Assembly: GCF_003704095.1 (NCBI RefSeq)
Contig: NW_020847572.1
Location: 310,001 to 374,000, forward strand
DNA length: 64,000 bases
DNA from: Pocillopora damicornis
Lineage: Eukaryota
Reading direction: 5' to 3'
Numbering within the stretch: the stretch's first letter is position 1; every line of letters starts with the position of its first letter. The notes beneath the pieces are model-generated. The model was given only the letters and a program-made list of their open reading frames with translations, was not told where the DNA came from and searched no databases. Positions 1 through 12,915 of the stretch are shown here, in pieces. The translations under genes were made by a program, and so were the position numbers.

Positions 1-3000
1 TTTCCCTAAAACAATGCTATCCCTTCATAAAAAAACTTCAACTTTAACTTCAACACATCATTAATATTTAGTCATCGTTTCTTTGAAATTTTTTGCATAC
101 TAAAGAATGTTTGCCTATCTTATTTTCGCTCTTCAACCTTCAAATAGCGAGAAACTTCGTCCCCACTTGTCGATAGAGGGAACTACGAAATGTGTTCTTA
201 TTTTATTATTAAGAGCGTTATTTTTTAATGATGTGCCAAACTGCTGACAGATTTCAGTCATTTAAGTTCTTAGTCTTAGACTCTTTATTTTCACGACACG
301 CAACCTGCAAAGTTTACGGGTGGATTTCCACCAATTATCAATGCTATAGTGTCATTCGTATCTACCAGTTGACAGCCAATTATCGCATGGAACTTTACTC
401 TTACTTGACGCTAAATGTATAAAAAAACATCAGCAATTGAAGCGCAATCTTTCGCCTCACTTGATAAAATCTTTCTTTATTTCTTCTCTACTACTTTATT
501 CTCCTCTCTCCTTCCATTTTCTGGCAATGAGAAGCGAAAGTTTCAAAGAAGTCAAAGTTTTGAAAATTTTGATTACTGGTAAATTAGTAGAGTACCTCGT
601 CTACTTGTGGTCGGGATTTGGTGCCATCTTTATACTAGGTTTTCAAAGGAAGCTCATCGATGGACGAATTCAAATTGCTTTTGCCTAAATTCTGTATTGT
701 ATAGCACTTTCATATTACAGTCATGACAAAAAGAAAAAAAATGTTTAAGAAAAACTTATGTTTTAAAGCTATCATACCTTTGATTGCCACATTTTCCACA
801 CAAACACATATAACTTTCGTGCTAACTCAAGACAATTACTATTCCATTCTAAGCGCACGTGGACCTGGGAAGAATAAGTCAATAGGCATATATGGGTGAG
901 AAATCAACCTTTTGCCAAATTGAGTTCCATAACAGTACATAAAGTGGCATTTTAGAATTAAGTGAGGGGCATCGATGAGTTGATTCATATGATTTTTTTG
1001 CTCTGAATAAAAGTTTGCCACGGTCTTCTTTAAACCAACGAACTGGCAAAAAAATTAATATTTATTTGCAAATTAACCACTCTTGATAGCAATCATTCGG
1101 CTAATGCATGAATACAGGAAGAATAAAGTCCAATTCTATTAGCTCTCTCCATAGAGCTTTCCGCCGAAATTGTTTTCGTTTTCATTTGTCTTTAACAGCT
1201 CATAAGTCTTTTTTGCTGGGTGACAATAAAATTATTGTTTTCATTAAAAACGGAGAAATATTGCTGCGATGCATTTTGCACATTTCATCAATTCATTTTG
1301 CGATGGGAAAAAAATCTATCTTAGTTGCGCCCCAAAGAGTCACCTAATGTACTCGTTGTCTTAGGTGAATTAGACTCCACTTTACCAGATATAGAGAAAC
1401 TATCGGATGATTTCCTTGAGAAAAATAATTGTTATCAGCCCTTTTATATTGCTCTCTTAGCAACATGTGATCGAACGAAGAAGTGGCGGAAACTGACGTC
1501 CACAAAGCCTTTGGCAATTAAAACGATAATAATCAAATTAAATCCGAGGTGTGAACGCATGCACGCCTAAGGGGAAGATTTCTTGGGGGTCCAAATGCAA
1601 GGCAGAAATATTCATTAAGTCATCCCATGCTTAGTTTTTTCCTGCTCGTGTTGCTAAATTGAACCATTTTTAAGTTTCATAACTCCCTTCTTTATTTCTC
1701 ACCTCTTACACTAATAACTAATCCAAGCTCAAGACGTATCATGTCTCACGCACTTAGAGTTTATTTCCAAGCAATAACTTTTTCTAAAAATGGCTCAAAA
1801 CTCAGAGTGAGAATGAACAACCCACCCTTATATACGAGGTAATGCTCAGCGAAAAAACACATGAACTACATAATAACGCTCCTGCAATAAATGAGAACTG
1901 AGCTAAACAAAAATGGAAATTTCCCGCTCTCAAATAAATAATATTTATTCAGGTTTGGCGCAAGCAGGTTCACGCTTCATTTTCTCTGACATCCACATAG
2001 AGTGGAACTGCTTCTGATTAGAATGAAAACAAATAAAAACAAAACAAAGAACTTTCCATTCTACAACTTGTTAATAAAGAAAGAAAATATACGGGAGGTG
2101 GCTGGTACAGATTTTATCCATTCAACACAACTTTTGTTGTTGACACAATAATGTCCCACTTATATATTTTTATCATCATCTTTTAAGTTAAAGCCATCCA
2201 ATGCATAAAACCGTTATATTTCTTTCGGATCTATTTACAAATTAAATTGAGATCTGATTCTGATATGAAAATAAAATAACCGAAGGAATTTTCCATTCGG
2301 GCCTCCCCGGTATCGTATCAGTTAGTGTTTCATCCTGTCTCAAGTAAAAGCTATCGCTAAAAGACAACTTTAACAATATAGTCACAATATTTTGTTCACA
2401 ATTTCTTTGCCTTAGGTTTAAAAACATTTTAACTTTTTCTCACCAAAGCGTGCCTTTCTTGATAATCCAAAACTTATCCTGCAAATTGTACCGATGCCTT
2501 TTTTAAGTTTTTGTAGTCAGAGGAGTTTGTTTAATTTAATCTTCTTCAGTTTCACCCATTCCTACCTGCCTTTTGTCTTTAAATTAATATGTAAAACACC
2601 AAGTTTTTCACCCAAAATTTGATTGCTCCGTTTAATCGCTAATTTCAGTTTTTGGTAGATTATCAAAAGCTAACCCTTCCAGTTTTATTTTGTGTCTTAA
2701 CGGATCTCTTAACGAACTTCGAACAGGTTGCAGCCCACAGGCTTTCTAAAGCTTTTACTATTAAACTGTAAATGACTCAGTTGCTCAAATTGGACTTACA
2801 TTAAAAATTAAATCAACGTAAAATTCAGTTGTGTTTTAGTTGTTTACTCTCTTCGATAAAACCTAATTAGCAAATAGTTTCTCGTTCAATAATTGAATAC
2901 CCCAGTTGTTTCATAAATCTGGTGATTTCGCTACCAAGTCGAGCCTTTCTTTACCTGCATTTCCTGATTAAATCTAGTTTTTTTTTTTCGAGCTTTTGCT

Positions 3001-5822
3001 TCTTCTATTCTTATTTCAACCCATTTTTTAGGGTTTTCTTTCCAGAGATGACAAAAAATATCTCACTTCCAGCTCAATAACGGTAATGAAAGCTTTTCTC
3101 TCCAAATACGACGCCAATTACTGAACATCAATAATTGATCAACCTTCTTCATTGCCTAATGGATGTTTGTTCTTTCCGTTTTCGCATGTTCGCTTTTTTC
3201 CTGTTAGTAAGGGAATATTTGTTAATGCTAAAGATTTTTCATTTTCAATGATTTCTTAGTAAAACAACTTAGACAATTGTAAGGCAAGTTTATCCTCAAT
3301 GAACCAGTTGTGAAACTGTTGTTGGCACTTGTCTCGTTCTGTTTTGGCGAAACCTTATCCTGCGTCATGAGCTGCAGGTTTCCACCTGCTCTTAAACGCT
3401 ACGTGTGTCAACAATTAGATAGTCACTCATCACTCAAAACTGGTAACGCCATTTTCGTATGAGATGTGTCGATAGATATCACTGAATTTTATTCCTCGGA
3501 CGTCACGGGAAACAACTTGCACTTTCGTCAAAAATTATCTGAAAAATATATTTTAAAAAATGTCGTATTGTTGAATCTGTAGTGCAAGATTATTTTAGCA
3601 AGACAACATCGCATGAGGATAATTGCAGAACTGTTTTCGCCTAGGAGAAAATTGAATATTTTCTTTCATAAATGGCAGTGGAAACACGAAAATTATGTTA
3701 AAAAACCCGCATATCACCACGAAAAACTGTTATACGAGGTCTGTCTGGCATATTAGTGTCATTATTAAAAATTGAGCACAGGCCAGCCTATTCATGATTA
3801 ATAATCATTCTTATCTTTCTTTAAGTCCACCTTTAACAACTAATTTCTAAGCCTTAATTACTTTTTGTGTGCAAACAATGCTTCTGCCAAACTTCATCTG
3901 CCTCGAAGGAGATGGGTTTATTGCAAAATTTAAAAGCTCATCTTCTGAAGAACTGTTGTATTTAAAATTTTGTTGAAATACTTTTAAACAATTGGAAGAC
4001 TGCTGAAGCTTGATGGTGGTTTTATCACTTTAGAAAACGGACGTGATAAGTTCCGATTTTGACATTTTTTACGATTAAATAACCTACAATAGAGTTTTAC
4101 TCTTCCGTTTTAACAGAAAATTTAGCATCGAACTCAACATCTTGTACTCTGAATTTTACACTAAATTCGTTTAAATTCTAAATGTCGAAATGGATAATTC
4201 ATTTAAACATCAGATAATTCATGTAAGCTTCTGTAGATTTTAAACTAATCGATATTTTAAGTTTCCGACTAATTTTTTTAACATATTTCTCTTGAGCAGT
4301 TTCGTGATGCGTTTTGATAAGGTAGATAATCGTGCCCTTAATGTAATTCACTTAAAACAACCGAGAAATAAATGGACTCATTTAGCAGATATTTACAATA
4401 TTTTCGGTTAATTAGCCAGCCAATTTAGGCATTATGAAAATAAATACTATTATTGCATGATCAGTCGGGGTCTCCATATCAGCCAAAGCGAAAAAGGTAG
4501 TATTTCTCTCATTTAATTTTTCTTTCGTTGTTGTTGCTCTGCTAACACTTTTTTGGATGAATAAAATGTTAAAATATCTTTCAATAGAGTTCATATGGAC
4601 AGAGACCCTTTTTCAAAAAAGAAACCGTGAACTTACGGGCAAATACGGGGAAAAATAATTGACTGGAGTAGGAATAACAAGAAAACTCTTTTGTTTTGGA
4701 GATTTGCTCCCCACTCGTGACGCATTGCAAGACCAACATTAGTGGGGTTCTACAAGATTACACCTTATCGCGCAGCTATAAAAATTTTAAAGGATATCAT
4801 TTTGAAAAGAAAATTTTAATAAAATGTTTTGTCTACAGCTTTAGTTACCAAGTAATCGAGATTACGTAGATAAGGAATAAACAAAGCACCTACGCGATAA
4901 AGGTGTAAAAAGAGAACACATTATTCAAATTGAAAACAATTTTCACTCAAAGACCAGCTAATGAAATCTTGTTTCAAAATAGATATTGAAATAACAGTTA
5001 CAACTGATCAAGATCGACATTTTCGTGGTCGCCTGTCCAAATCTTGTTCCTCTTTTTACGTATTTGTTTTTTTCTCTTTCATAGCGTCGTTGTTGTTGTT
5101 GGACGGGGCAGGAGGAAGGGGGAAGATGGAGTCGTAGATTCACGCTTTTTTCAGGTGTTGCTTAGCTTTCAGATGCAACGCAGAATTAAATAACTTAAAA
5201 TGGAAGACCTGGCTTCGGCGAAGATCACGGCATCGTAACGAATATATTCTCAGCTGTCCAAAGAACTGATGATCTCATACCGAACAACTTTGATATTGCA
5301 ACTTTTCAACGTAGATAACAACCTTGAATTGACGTATTAAGTTATCGTAATTATAATATGAAAATAGAAAATATTGCTTTTAAACAACAATCTTATTATT
5401 TTATTAGTGCATGTTCTTTTCCGTTCAGTCGGGGGCACACATTGAGATTTCTCCTGACTGATGAACTCAATTCGGTTTTCTTTTGTTTCCAAAACCCACA
5501 TGTTGTAAGACCAATAGAGTAATTTTCCTGAATCACGTAATTCAAGAATCGAAAAACTAAGTATCAATCAATAATTTTTAGACCTTTTCCCGCTATTTTG
5601 AGAATTTCTTAAAGCATGAAAGTAATGCAATTTCAGATTACTTTTACCTCTATGCATTATGGTTATGAAAAGCAGAAGGAGACAGCAATGTTTGATTGCC
5701 TCAAGATATATCTGATATCTTTAAAATATCGTATTACTTCTTTTCAAAACCAGTTTAAAAGTTACTTTCAAAAAAACTACCTCACTTGCATAGCCTTTTT
5801 TTTTAAATAGAGATTCACTTTC

Positions 5823-5875
5823 TATTTTGAACTGAGCAGAATTTTTAGTGATATTTTGAACTGAGCAGAATTTTA
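5823..5875. repeat. 29-bp tandem duplication
   Basis: TATTTTGAACTGAGCAGAATTTT occurs twice in tandem. Confidence 0.85.
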
Positions 5876-8800
5876 TTGCTAATTTGCCTCTAAATTTCTT
5901 TATTTCATAGAGTTATTCTTCTTTTCCTAAATAATCGATGTCTTAACCTCGTTATGCTACTGTAATGTTCTGCGAGCTGGAAAACTAAAGTAGGTCCTTG
6001 CTGTTATATTTGGATTCATCGTTTTTTAAGAATTTGAGTCAACTCTAGAGGTTAATTCAATAAATTCACCCTTATAAGGCTGCTTTCACAAAATAATTAA
6101 AATTTTGGATTTCTTATCCCGTATAAATATAACATAGCTTACTATGACGATATTATTGACAATTTTGGACTAATTTGTTCAATATTAAACTTCATAAGTC
6201 ATTATAGAAATCTTTTTAACAAGCAACTCTTAAAATTTTTCTAAGTGACAGCATAAGTGGCACAAATCCATAAAGCGCATGTAGCTCAAACCGAATGACA
6301 AACATGTAATGGGATGATTTGCGTGGAAATGGCAGTACTTTAAAATAATATTTTATTGAATTACCTGAGTCATTGGATTTTTTTAACCCATCGTTTTTTG
6401 GACTTAATTGTGAGCTTCATAATCTTCTATGCATGCCAATAACCTCCTACAGATCTTTTCAGAAACCACATTGGGTTAGATTTGCTCAGTTTTTTTTAAA
6501 AAATTTTCAATGAAAATTGATGTCGCGACACTTCAGGTGATTACATGAGTCATCATTTTTCTTCCGAGATTAAATGGCTCGCAATTCCGTACCCCTGGCT
6601 CCTATTTTACCATCCTTCATTAACTTTTCTTTGTTACTTTGAACAGCGTCTGCGGCTAATGCGTCTGATCTGAACAGTTTGGACAAGGATCCAACGTTTT
6701 GTCGATGTTGAAAGGTGTAAAAAAAAAGAAAAATGCTTAGAATGGTGTATTTGACAAAATCACAAAGTCAATTGCCCACTCTCGCCAATTTACTGCGTCA
6801 AACTCACAGCTATATTTTTTTCGACTGCACTCTGTCGCCATAAAGTCTTAATTGAAGTGAAACAAAGACTTCGATTCTCATTTCACAGACAATTACCTCG
6901 GCGACAGGAATAATGTGATAAATATAATATCAAGACTTCAATACTGATCTATGTCCGGCGAAACTTCGAGAAAAAATATTCATTGGAACTTAAGAAGGAT
7001 CTTTTTTTTACTTTTCACTGAGATTAATGCAAACGTCGTTTACTATCAAGCGAATTCCCGCAACTAATTTAGCAATCGATTAAGGAGGGACTATTAGAGC
7101 TTAAAAAATTCTAAAATATAACGTGATCACATGCAAAAAGCCTTTCAATTGGCTGATTATCCTCTGAAAAATACTGAAAGGAACTCAAATTCCTGCTTGT
7201 TCAAAGACGGCAGGGAAAAAGAACTTAGTAACTTGAACATACCCGCAAGATTTCTATGAAGAAGCATTACATTTGAACTTATTTTCAAATTCATATTTTC
7301 AGCGTTCAATGCTTTCAAACTCTTTTGGTCAAATATCAGTTTCCTGCTTAAGTTAAAAGCAGCCAATTTGAATTGTAGTTCGAGCGATTAACAGAAAAGC
7401 AACAAATTACAATATTGTCATTTGCTTTCCACCAGTAATCATCGTGATCTCTTTTGAAGAATCTCGTTTGGTGCTTCTATCATTTCCATTTAAATATTGA
7501 TCCTTTAAAAAATATGACCCATACTCCTTTCTGTTTTGTGTTCTGTTGATCTCCTCTGATAACACTCTCCCAAGCAGAAAGACAATTCTAAAAGAAAAAC
7601 GGCCTTCGATTGCGTCTAATCGCAGCTCAGCTGGAAGGCATTTTGTTTATCAGGAATTGCGTTAAATGCTTGGTGTAATTATTCCGAGCAATTCCCAACC
7701 CAAGCATCCGACAAAGGACCGAGATACGCTTTTAAAAGCGCACCACGAACGGAAAAGGGGCTGCCTATATTAGCAGTGTTTTGTTTTCAAAACAATGAAT
7801 TAGGCAAGTAAGAATCAGTTTATCTCGATCAGCCGCATCCTCTCGCCGGCTTCAAGGTGTTTTTGCCTCAGTATCGACCGATTCTGACCAGAGAGAAGTA
7901 TTACGAATCATATTTCCGATTCATTAGCGGCAGCTCTATGATGCTTATAAAACATTCCTCTTTTTTTTTTCTTACGAAAATTATGTCACGTTTTCCCACT
8001 CAATAGCTAAATGTGTGGGGCGGAATATCTAATGGGGCCTTGGAACACACGAATTTTAGGTGGCTGTTATTGTCAATTTAACAAATACGCCTTCCTTTTA
8101 TAATATCATAGGCGGAAACTCTCCTCGGTCAGCATGATGCACTTTTCGTATTTTGAATCATATGATTTATATGAAAAAAATAATTCCAGCATAAGTAAGA
8201 GGGTAAATCCTACATAAGATGTACTTGTTTGGATGCCCACATCTATGAAAGGCTGATTCAGTCAGTGGTTGTTGCTAGGCAATCGTACTTCTAAATTGAT
8301 TAATCGCACCACTTCGCGTGAATGTCATCCTTATCAAGATTATCAGTATACTCCCTGCTGGCAAACGACCACAGAAAATTGAAAAGGGATTATTTGAATT
8401 CAATGAAAGTAATTACTTTCTGCTTTTTTGGAAATTTAGGCTATACAAAAAGCATCGCGCTATAAAAGGAAATTATCACCCAATCCCCTCACGCTAAGTA
8501 ATAGGGCTTGCTCAGAAAACAAGCTTAATAGATTTCGTGATGCCTTACGTATAAACAATATTGAAATTGCTAAGATAACGTATTAAATTAAGAAAACGAG
8601 AGGGAAAACAATAGTCTAGGCCACAATACACGCTCACTGAGGTACGATATTGTGACCATTAAACTTGCGATAAAAATTGTCAAATTTTCAAGGTCAGACG
8701 TTTTTCATGCTTTTTCCCGCCCTTTTTTTTAACTTCCTCCTCTAAAAATCCTGACTTAAAATTTCAACAAAATTAAACAAATGACATAGATAAATTAGCC

Positions 8801-11507
8801 ATTATGTGTTTAGAAGAGTTGGCAGCTTTTCACGATTTACTCGTCAATAAAATTAGTTTTGCAAAAAGAGAGGTTGAATTATCAATACCTAACAGCTGCC
8901 GGATTGAATAAGTTTTTTTTTTTGTTTAATAATCATGGAACGTTCTTAAAACTTCTTAAATTTGATAATTATAAACAATTTGGGTATCAGCGGCAAGCTA
9001 AGTACTTAGTCAAACAAGCTGAAATTTTCTAGGAAAAATTGTAACTCTAGTCTTGTCTGGCAGTAAATCGCTGTATGTCCTCGCCAACCATTTGCAGAGG
9101 AACTTAAAGTCAACAAGTTTTAATAAAGCTTTTAATTCCTAGCCCCATTTCTATTGTTGGTTGTTCTTTTGTGCCTTAATGACTCTCTATATGCCCGTTT
9201 ACCTCGGTTTGCTGTTGGTTTACAAAAGCAGGCTTTTGGGACGTTTGGTAGCTGTTGTGACACGTGGAAAAGAAGCATCCTTATTCAATTTGGGTTTTAT
9301 CAACACTAAAAGCAATTCGCTGCTTAACTCCGGCAGCGGGTTACCGGTTTATCACACAAACTTATCTTTTCCACTCAAAAGTGTACTCCATTCGTCTTAA
9401 AATATCGCCTAGCGCGCAGGCAAATGTTTTCCATTAACCTAAAATTTCCTGTTTTACCAATGATAAGCAGATAGTTCAATGCCAAATTGCGGCTTTTATT
9501 TATTCATGGCCTCCGCTAAGTGCAAACAGTCCAATATTAAGCTCGCGTGAAACATGAATTATTTCAGCACGGGCAAATATGTTGTAAAAATTTACTTCGA
9601 GACCATCACCTCGTTTTTATAACTTCTGCATGCGTATGATCCCCACAGGGGTGAATCTCCAACTCTTCCGAGGTGAGATTGTGGGCTTCGCCCTATCCCG
9701 AGCGGATAATGACACCATTAAAAATGTGTCTTAAACATCACTTTTACCATGAATATTTAATTGTCTTTGTTGATTGCTTGATAGGCGAATTTCCTTGTTT
9801 TTCTCGATTTTGTTGTCGACCTTCCTATGAAGGACATTCGCTTTCAATTTAGTCAATAAGATTCAGTATTATTTACAGTTTTAATAATATCTCCCTCTAA
9901 TTCTATAAGTCATCGAACCTGCCCCGAAGTTTGTTTTTCTCCCGTGACGAAACCCAAAGGGGACTAGTGACTTTCTAACATCAAATTCACCTGTTTAAAA
10001 TGCCATGCGGTTAGAAAAAGTAAATCGCTTTTAAATGGTAAATTCAGTGATGCTAATTTAGCGAGGATGTGACGAGAAATAAGGTCGTCGGTCGCAATTT
10101 CCTGGACGACCAAACGGAGGTTTTTCTGACAAAATTTTCTTAAGTTTTAAAATTCTCCGTTAGCTGGTGGAAATTTGAATGCTCCGCATTATTTACTTTA
10201 ATCGAGGAAATTATAACTGTGCTGTTATGCTAAGATGTATAGTCGTTCACACTTCGCTCACTCTTTAGGGAGTCTGATAAAGGCTTTTTCTTTTATCTTC
10301 AGATAAACACATTAATGGGCGAGAGCTCTCCGGTCTGTTCACAATTTCTGATAACGATTACGAATTACTGCTCCGTTCCTTGTTATGGTAAATCTGTAAC
10401 TCCTTTGTGAATAGTAGCTCAACGCCATTTTCGCACCTTTCGAAAGTTCAGTAAAAGGAATGATTAAGTTTTACTAGGAGTGAAGTAATTCATTAACACT
10501 TTCAGGCATCGCAACGTCGCTTGTCGGATCGTTTTCTTAAATGAGCAGCCAAAGGTACACATTTCCTTTTCCAATCGTTCTGTCAGGCCCTCTTAGAACT
10601 TGATAAGTTTGTTTGTAACTGATATATTTTAAGAGAAAACAAAGTTTTGAAGTAGTTTAAAGTTGGCAGCGTTTCAAAGGCAATGAGCACCCTCACTTCG
10701 TGTGCAATTTACAAACTCTTTCTTTTATTGTAAATATTTGACTACAATTTAGCACGTATTTTACAATCTGGACCCACAAACTCTAAATTCATTAACCTTT
10801 TTTGTTCTTGAGAGTTTGAAATAATCAACTACAAATGCTTCTCAGCGAAAGGATCTTTGGGTCGTTAATGGTTCCCTACCTCTCTTGTTCTATGTCACCG
10901 CAATTACACTAGTTTTTGGAATTCTTCGAATTCGAACAAATTTGCGCAAATGATATTCGATATACAAAATTTACATGATTTGCTGTGGATCGAAAGCAAA
11001 TTACATGCTTCTCGATCCCCACTCTGCGTTAAATATTCCGTGCAACAACTAAAGTGGTTCATCTCTTAGCCCTAATCGCCTTTAGTGTTGTATAAATAGG
11101 TGTAAATAACAACTGTAAACACTCCATGGCGCTTTGCAACTAAGACCCTTCAGTTCAAGCCTTTTAGTTTCGAAACGCTTAACAAAAACTAGATTAAATG
11201 AGGGGAATACAAGTTTTTGATGTAATTTCCTTACTAAGTGACGACAACTATATCCGGCCGAAGCGCTCTCCGCTCTTAGCAAAGGTATTCCCGTGAGATG
11301 TTCTAGGGTTACGATATTAAGACCGGGTATCAAACAAATGATTTTTATGAGATAAATAGCATTGCCTAGATTTTGAAATAAAAAATCTTAAGTGTCCTTG
11401 TGGAAGGTAAGACTTTTTCCACTTTAGTCTGCGGTTTGATTCGATGTGGAGAGAAAGTAGTCATTCCATTTCTACGTCATTGTTCTTCCTTTCCGGTAGC
11501 AGACCTG

Positions 11508-12366
11508 TTATAGCAAAGAGGACATCGGCGATGGTCTTAGATGAGGAGGAAGAAATTGTGAATAGTGCTGTGAATACTGAGCTAAACCCGGATATGAAGG
11601 ATGGTAAAACGAGTACGGAGCGTGTGTTGATAGTTCACTGGGACGACTTTGCTCCCTGTACAGAATAGGAACACGTACCATTCTTTGGTGGCTCGCTTGA
11701 GCTAAACTAGCTGCTTCCATTTCGGCAGCGAGTTGTCTCTTCCATTTGTTCCGCCGGTTCTGGAACCATATTTTAACTTGCGTTTCCGTTAGGTGTAGTT
11801 GTGAGGCCAAACCAGCTCGTTCCGAAGAGGAAAGATACCTTTTTATATCAAATGTCGACTCCAGTTGATATACTTGACTTCGAGAGAACACCGTTCTTGT
11901 CTTCTTCTTCCTTCGTTTCTTATTGATATCTTTCTTGTCACCTTCTGAGGATCGGTCGTCTTTATCCAATGAATCTGTAAGAGAATTGTCACATGAATTT
12001 CCGCAGCAGATCGGGGTTTTAGATGACCCTCGTTCGAGCTCAAATAGGGCTCGTTTACTAGTGCTGTTATTTCGCTTACAACCTATTTACCGGAAGCGCA
12101 CATGTTGTGAGTTACTAACCTTCAACGGACGCCCTGCTCCAGTCATCAAAGTCGTACTCCAGTCTTCTATTTAGGTGCGAAGGGCTTGCATCAGGCCGGC
12201 GAGTTTCGCAACCTTCTTTATTTGTAAGTTCAGCGCGCTGTCTGTCATGTGTTCCTCCCGTCTCAGTCGCTATCTCCAACTCTTTTCTCCCGTGACTCTC
12301 TCTAGAGCTGCCGTTGTTCAAAATATTGGAAATCGAAAACGGGTTCGATCGAGTCTTCTCCTCCAT
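11508..12366 (-). CDS. HMX: Hmx / NK5 homeobox transcription factor, 2 exons, 237 aa
   Basis: Exon 1 12366-12120 ([16 protein letters not shown]..., with an eh1-type FSIxxIL motif). Intron 12119-11975 (GTTAGT...CTCTTACAG, phase 1). Exon 2 11974-11508. Homeodomain [59 protein letters not shown] is followed by the Hmx-diagnostic motifs LAAEMEAA and [10 protein letters not shown]. Confidence 0.96.
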
Positions 12367-12574
12367 ATCTAAACACAGTTCCGCCTGAATGTGTCGCAAC
12401 GAAAATAATTCAAGACTAAAGTAGTATAAATTTCCTAAGCTTAAGAAATGGCAAACAAAGATCGTTTGTGTTCGCTTGAATGCATTGGGGCATGCGAGGC
12501 GACAATTTAAGTCAGTGATAATGATCAAGAATAAAAATGTCAAACTTGTTAAACGTCTGACATGTAAATGCGCG

Positions 12575-12915
12575 TCCGTGATTGGTCCAGGGTGACGACT
12601 AATGGAACCACGAGAAAGCTCGAATAATCATCTCCTCCCCCTCGTATACAAAAGCCCAGGAAAACTGATAAGAGTTGTTTGTGATTGGCTTTTGGCCGCT
12701 ATCAATTAGTCCAAGACACGTTGTCATTCTAAAAGTGTTCATGTTTTGTCTTTTTCAATTGGCTAGGGGATAACAATTCGACAATTACCTCCTTGGTGTC
12801 GAACTACAATCATGAAAGGCTTTTCTGTTAAAGGCATTCTTAGTTAAAGTGGACCATTTGTTGCTCCATGTCATAAACGGAACGTTTAGCCGTGCGGTTA
12901 AGGATTTGATTGGCC
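12575..12915 (-). promoter_or_regulatory. Putative Hmx proximal promoter with clustered CCAAT boxes
   Basis: Four ATTGG motifs (CCAAT on the Hmx sense strand) near 12581, 12684, 12768 and 12909, about 200-550 bp upstream of the ATG. The transcription start is not known. Confidence 0.4.

Noticed and set aside
228-11333. Short ORFs of 60-83 aa in the left flank
   Set aside because: No motifs, many non-ATG starts, no splice-consistent chains; expected by chance in AT-rich DNA.
11444-12372. Plus-strand and alternative-frame ORFs overlapping Hmx
   Set aside because: Shadows of the Hmx coding sequence.
12367-12543. N-terminal extension of Hmx exon 1 in the ORF track
   Set aside because: It starts at a non-ATG codon; the eh1 motif directly after Met 12366 fits that ATG as the start.
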